Shown one piece after another: positions 59,751 through 64,000 of a stretch of DNA of 64,000 nt. This stretch comes from Sedimentisphaerales bacterium (GTDB taxonomy: Bacteria > Planctomycetota > Phycisphaerae > Sedimentisphaerales > Anaerobacaceae). The stretch covers positions 2,976,001-3,040,000 of the forward strand of contig OY970194.1 in the NCBI GenBank assembly GCA_963708075.1, written 5' to 3'. The notes below the pieces were generated by a model, which was not told where the DNA came from, made no database searches, and worked only from the letters and a program-made list of their open reading frames with translations. The position numbers were made by a program, and so were the translations under genes. The first letter of the stretch is position 1, and every line of letters begins with the position of its first letter.

Positions 59751-60745
59751 TTACCGTCTCCATGGTTATCAGGCGAATCCAAGACCTCCTTGATAACATA
59801 CGTTGGCCGGTTCTGCGATTCGTGGTAGGTGCGCACGAGCAACTCAGCGAGCAAGCCCATCAGGATGAATTGGACGGTAGTGATAATGAGCACGGCACTC
59901 AGGAGCAGCAGCGGATTGCCACTCATATCGGTGCCCTGTGCCAGCTTCTGATAAATTACCAGCCATGCACAGAGAATCGCCAGAAGCGTGGTGAACAGGC
60001 CGAGGCCACCGAAGACGTAAATCGGCTTCGTGGAGAACGATCCGAGGAACTTGACCGTCATCAGGTCCAGCAACACCTTGCCCATGCGTCCCAGGCCGTA
60101 CTTGGCCTTCCCGGCCGTTCGGGGCCGATGGTTGACGACGCACTCGGCGATTCTCGCCCCGCTCCAACTGGCCAGGGCCGGGATGAACCGGTGCATCTCG
60201 CCATAGAGCCCGATCTGATCGAGGATTTCCCGCCGATAGGCCTTGAGCGTGCAGCCGGAGTCGTGCAGATGAACTTCCGTCACCCTGGAGATCAGCCAGT
60301 TGGCCATCTTTGAAGGCAGCCGGCGGGTCAGGACCAGATCGTGCCTCTTCTTCCGCCAGCCGCTGACGACGTCGTAGCCCTCGTCCAGCTTGGCGACGAG
60401 CATCGGGATATCCGCCGGATCATTCTGCAGATCGGCGTCCAGCGCGACGACCACATCGCCCCGCGCATGCCCAAAGCCCGCGCTGAGGGCGGCGGTCTGG
60501 CCAAAATTCTTGCGGAAGCGGATGACCCGCACCGTCGGGTCTGAGTCGTGCAGTCCCTTCAGAATGCCGAAGCTCGCGTCCGTACTGCCGTCGTCGATGA
60601 AGATGATCTCGTAGCTGTAGCGACCCTCCAACGCTTGCTTGATCTGCTGATAAAGGGGCCGGAGGTTCTCCTGTTCATCCAACAGTGGCACAACTACGGA
60701 AAGCTCTGGACGGCCGTCATCCTTCTTTGCTTTGGTCATATCCAT
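59747..60745 (-). CDS. GT2 polyprenyl-phosphate glycosyltransferase (ArnC/GtrB-like)
   Basis: SVVVP, DDGSTD, RKNFGQTAA, DADLQNDP, two C-terminal TMs. Confidence 0.9.
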   Translation of the reverse strand: MDMTKAKKDDGRPELSVVVPLLDEQENLRPLYQQIKQALEGRYSYEIIFIDDGSTDASFGILKGLHDSDPTVRVIRFRKNFGQTAALSAGFGHARGDVVVALDADLQNDPADIPMLVAKLDEGYDVVSGWRKKRHDLVLTRRLPSKMANWLISRVTEVHLHDSGCTLKAYRREILDQIGLYGEMHRFIPALASWSGARIAECVVNHRPRTAGKAKYGLGRMGKVLLDLMTVKFLGSFSTKPIYVFGGLGLFTTLLAILCAWLVIYQKLAQGTDMSGNPLLLLSAVLIITTVQFILMGLLAELLVRTYHESQNRPTYVIKEVLDSPDNHGDGK

Positions 60746-60939
60746 TCTGTTCCGTTGAGCATTTCCTAATTCCGTATCGTACTGGTGAGGCCTCACATTT
60801 GCAACAGATGTAAAATCAGTCCTGACAAAGAATTATCGGCTATGCGCAGGCCTCAGGTCAGTTAAAATATCGCCGGCAAAACGTCTGTCATACCCAACAC
60901 CTGTACATTGGTAGGAATCAGAAGATGTGGAGTGGGATT

Positions 60940-62404
60940 ATGGGCGAGTGGCATGCGAGAGAGTGGCTGGTGGCCATCGCAGTAGCTGTATTGGCAGCGG
61001 GCAAGGCTTTCGGAGCTGACGAGAACACGACTGTGGTCCAGCCGCAGGATACCGGCGAGGCCCTGGTCAATCCCGGCATGGGATGGGTGCTCCATCATTA
61101 TGACAATGTCGCATCCAATTACGGGAGCAAACTCGAACCGTCCGATACTGTCGATGATTTCCCGGGCGTGAGTGTGGTTTACCTGCGAATTGCCTGGTCG
61201 TACCTGGAACCGCAGGAGGGGCAGTTCAACTGGTCCGTCCTCGATACGCCCGCCCAGCGATGGCTCGACAAGGGCAAACAGATCGCGCTGCGCATCTCCT
61301 GTAGCGAGTCATTCATGCGGTACGCGACGCCGGAATGGGTTCAGAAGGCCGGGGCCAAAGGGTACAACTTCAACCCCCGCAAAGGCGTCGATCCGAATGG
61401 GCCCTATTGGGAGCCGGACTACGACGACACGGTATTTATCGAGAAGCTGGACCACTTCCTGGCCGCTCTGGCCGGCCGCTACGACGGCAATCCGGAGGTC
61501 GCCTTCATCGACGTCGGCTCCTTCGGCGTCTGGGGGGAAGGTCACACCTATGCCAGCACGCGAATGCCCTATTCCATCGGGACGATCAAGCGACACATCG
61601 ATCTGCACACGAAGCACTTCAAAAAGACCCTGCTGGCGGCCAATGACGATTTCGCCCTGCACGACCGCGGACGGCAGCCGATCGAGTACGCCGCACAACA
61701 GGGGTTGGCTCTCCGCGACGATAGCATTCTCGTCCAGGCTGGTCAGAACGCATATCTCAGTGCCGACTTCGCCCCGCTGTTCTGGCAGAAGACCCCCGTC
61801 ATCCTTGAAAGCGAGCACTACGGTCCCTCGCGCGACCGTGGCGCCTGGAAGGACGGCAGCCAGTACCTCGAAGCCATTGAGAAGTACCACGCCAGCTACG
61901 CATCGGTCCACTGGTGGCCGCATGAGTTCCTGGCCGCCAACGAGGACCTGGTCCGCAAAATCAACCAGCGGCTGGGCTATCGTCTGCAATTGGTCGAGGC
62001 CTCCTGGCCCAACGAGATCGCCGCCGATTCGACCTTCGCGTTCACGACCAAGTGGCGCAACGCCGGCGTAGCCCCCTGCCTGCCCGGTGGATACCCAGCC
62101 CTGACGATCAAAGATGCCAAGGGCGGAATCGCGACAGTCTTTGCCGATGAAGGCTTGAATATGCGAGAACCTCCCCGTCACCGAGCCCGGCAAAGCCACC
62201 CCGAAGGACCGCAAGGCCCAATTCGCCCTTCCCTTGGCCTCCGACGAGCGAGCCCGACTCCTCAAGCCCGGCGAATACGACGTTTACATCTCCGTCGGCA
62301 CGCCCACCGGCACCCCCAGACTCGCCCTGCCCTTGCCCACTGACGACGGCCACCGTCGCTACCACCTCGGCAAGCTCAGGGTATCGCCCCCAACACAGAA
62401 ATGA
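60940..62404 (+). CDS. Secreted DUF4832 / beta-galactosidase-like glycoside hydrolase with apparent frameshift near 62168
   Basis: NPGMGW, WSYLEPQEGQFNW, GSFGVWGEGH, LGYRL, NAGVAP; C-terminus LPVTEPG..GEYDVYISVG..DGHRRYHLG in next frame. Confidence 0.75.
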
Positions 62405-62423
62405 CGCGCACCGCCGCACGGCC

Positions 62424-63194
62424 TCAGGCTGTCTGGTTGAAGGTGGCTGGGTCTTGCTGGTAGAAGCGTTTCAGCTCGTCGTAGAGTCTTGGGTAGACCT
62501 GCTGAAGCTCTTTGGGCTGCTCGAAGAAGCACTCGGTCGCCACGGCGAAGAATTCGGCGGGATCGACGGCGCCGTACTCGTCGAGCACCTCGGCGCGATT
62601 CTCGCGGATATCGCGGCGGAACTTCTCGAAGTCCTCGCCGAGAGCCCTTGCCCAGGCGAGGAAGCTCGAAGTGCTCTGCAAGACCGGCGTGCTGTCGCCT
62701 TTGCCGCCGGAGCTGTCGAGCTGGTGGGCGAACTCGTGCAGGACGACGTTCTGGCCGTCGTGGATGTCGGCGGCGCTGCGCCGCACGTCGTCCCAGGACA
62801 GGACGACGGAGCCGCGATGCCAGGATTCGCCAAGCCGGACGTCCCTGCCCTCCAGGACAGTCCCGCCGAGAAGATGGGGCGTGTTATCGACCACGTAGGC
62901 CCGGGGGTAGACAAGGATGTGCTTGAGGCCGGGATAGTATTCTGTTTGGCGGTGGAGCAGGAGCATGCAGGCCTGGGCGGCGATGGTAACGCGGATTTCA
63001 TCCGTGATCCGCAGGCCGCCGCAGCCTTCGAACTCCTTTTCCGCCATGAAGATCAGGATGTGTCGCTTCAGCTCCTCGCGGTCAGACTCCGGCAGCCGTG
63101 CGAACAGGGGCACGTTTCTTTCCAGAACGGCCAGCCATTCCGCCGGGAATGGCCGGCTCGCGATCTTCTTTCGCCATCTTTCCCTGAAGATCAT
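62424..63194 (-). CDS. mtfA: MtfA-family (M90) zinc-dependent peptidase
   Basis: IAAQAC, VVLSW, NVVLHEFAHQLD, AEFFAVATECFFE. Confidence 0.88.
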   Translation of the reverse strand: MIFRERWRKKIASRPFPAEWLAVLERNVPLFARLPESDREELKRHILIFMAEKEFEGCGGLRITDEIRVTIAAQACMLLLHRQTEYYPGLKHILVYPRAYVVDNTPHLLGGTVLEGRDVRLGESWHRGSVVLSWDDVRRSAADIHDGQNVVLHEFAHQLDSSGGKGDSTPVLQSTSSFLAWARALGEDFEKFRRDIRENRAEVLDEYGAVDPAEFFAVATECFFEQPKELQQVYPRLYDELKRFYQQDPATFNQTA

Positions 63195-63196
63195 TT

Positions 63197-63348
63197 TCTA
63201 TTTACTATTTCCGATTTACGATTTACGATTCAAACAGTAGCTCGGCCGCGAGGTAACCAGATAGGACCTATGGGACTCGTAGGACCTATGAAGGCCTCTG
63301 CTCCGGCCCAAAATTGTAAATCGTAAATTGTGAATCGTAAATCCAAAT
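63197..63348. repeat. Inverted heptamer arrays (GATTTAC / GTAAATC) with internal TAGGACCTATG repeats
   Basis: ccgatttacgatttacgatt ... ataggacctatgggactcgtaggacctatg ... aaattgtaaatcgtaaattgtgaatcgtaaat. Confidence 0.7.
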
Positions 63349-64000
63349 GCCTGATTCATTGCCCTTTTTGACGGCGGACATCCCCGGCGTCGGCGGGGTC
63401 ATCAAGACCCGGCCGGAGGATTTCTTCGTCGAGGAGCTGCCGCTGTACGAGGCGAGCGGCTCCGGCACACACATATACGCACTGATCGAGAAGAAAGGTC
63501 TCGGCACGCGGGAGGCTCTGGACCGCATTGCGCGGGCCCTGAATGTCCCCCGCCGGGAGATCGGCCTGGCGGGATTGAAGGACGCCCACGCCGTAGCCCG
63601 CCAGTGGATCTCCATCGAGCACATCGAGCCGCAGCGGGTGGAGCAGGTGTCCATCCCGGACGTGCGAGTCCTGCAGACCAGTCGCCACACGAACAAGCTC
63701 AAGCCCGGCCACCTGCGGGGCAACCGCTTCGTCATCCGGCTGCGCAAACTCGCCTTGCCCCTGCCGCAGGCGGCCCAGGTCGCCCAAGAAGTCTTGTCCA
63801 TCCTGAGCCGACGCGGGGTGCCGAATTATTTCGGCCCGCAGCGATTTGGCAACCACAAGGACAATCACCTGCTCGGCAAGGCCGTGGTCAAAAACGATGC
63901 GGCGGCGTTTGCCGACCTGTTTCTGGGCCATCCCAGGGACGACATAGATTCGCCTGCGGTGCTCGATGCTCGCCGCCTGTACGACGAGGGCCGGTATGAG
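63347..64000 (+). CDS. truD: tRNA pseudouridine(13) synthase, 3' truncated by window (absent from ORF track)
   Basis: Own translation: IKTRPEDFFVEE, AGLKDAHAVARQW, GHLRGNRF, VPNYFGPQRFG. Confidence 0.93.
   Translation, partial: MPDSLPFLTADIPGVGGVIKTRPEDFFVEELPLYEASGSGTHIYALIEKKGLGTREALDRIARALNVPRREIGLAGLKDAHAVARQWISIEHIEPQRVEQVSIPDVRVLQTSRHTNKLKPGHLRGNRFVIRLRKLALPLPQAAQVAQEVLSILSRRGVPNYFGPQRFGNHKDNHLLGKAVVKNDAAAFADLFLGHPRDDIDSPAVLDARRLYDEGRYE

Overview
GC-rich bacterial window whose gene content suggests Planctomycetota, probably Phycisphaerae/Sedimentisphaerales (inference from Tat-exported sulfatase, oxidoreductase and isomerase, plus CotH/LTD, GLUG and LamG surface proteins). Its core is a nitrogen-assimilation cluster on the minus strand: gltB-gltD-carB-carA, type III glutamine synthetase, amtB-glnK, an outer-membrane beta-barrel gene and a NifA-like GAF-AAA+-HTH sigma54 activator, with no nif genes in the window. 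The main discovery is a readable regulon architecture. Three sigma54 promoters (TGGCACGCsGTTTG) each have a pair of TACA-N4-TGTA-like palindromes 30 bp apart, starting about 90 bp upstream. The same pair overlaps the activator's own sigma70-like promoter. Other features are an intact ISAs1 element with TIRs and a 10-bp TSD upstream of gltB, a palindrome inserted in frame inside gltB, a putative leaderless 26-aa membrane peptide, a MITE/REP element, gene remnants, an 8-gene glycosylation locus, mtfA and a partial truD. Five frameshifts fall in only two sequence contexts (GAGACC, GCGCGC), which suggests methylation-linked sequencing errors rather than real pseudogenes.
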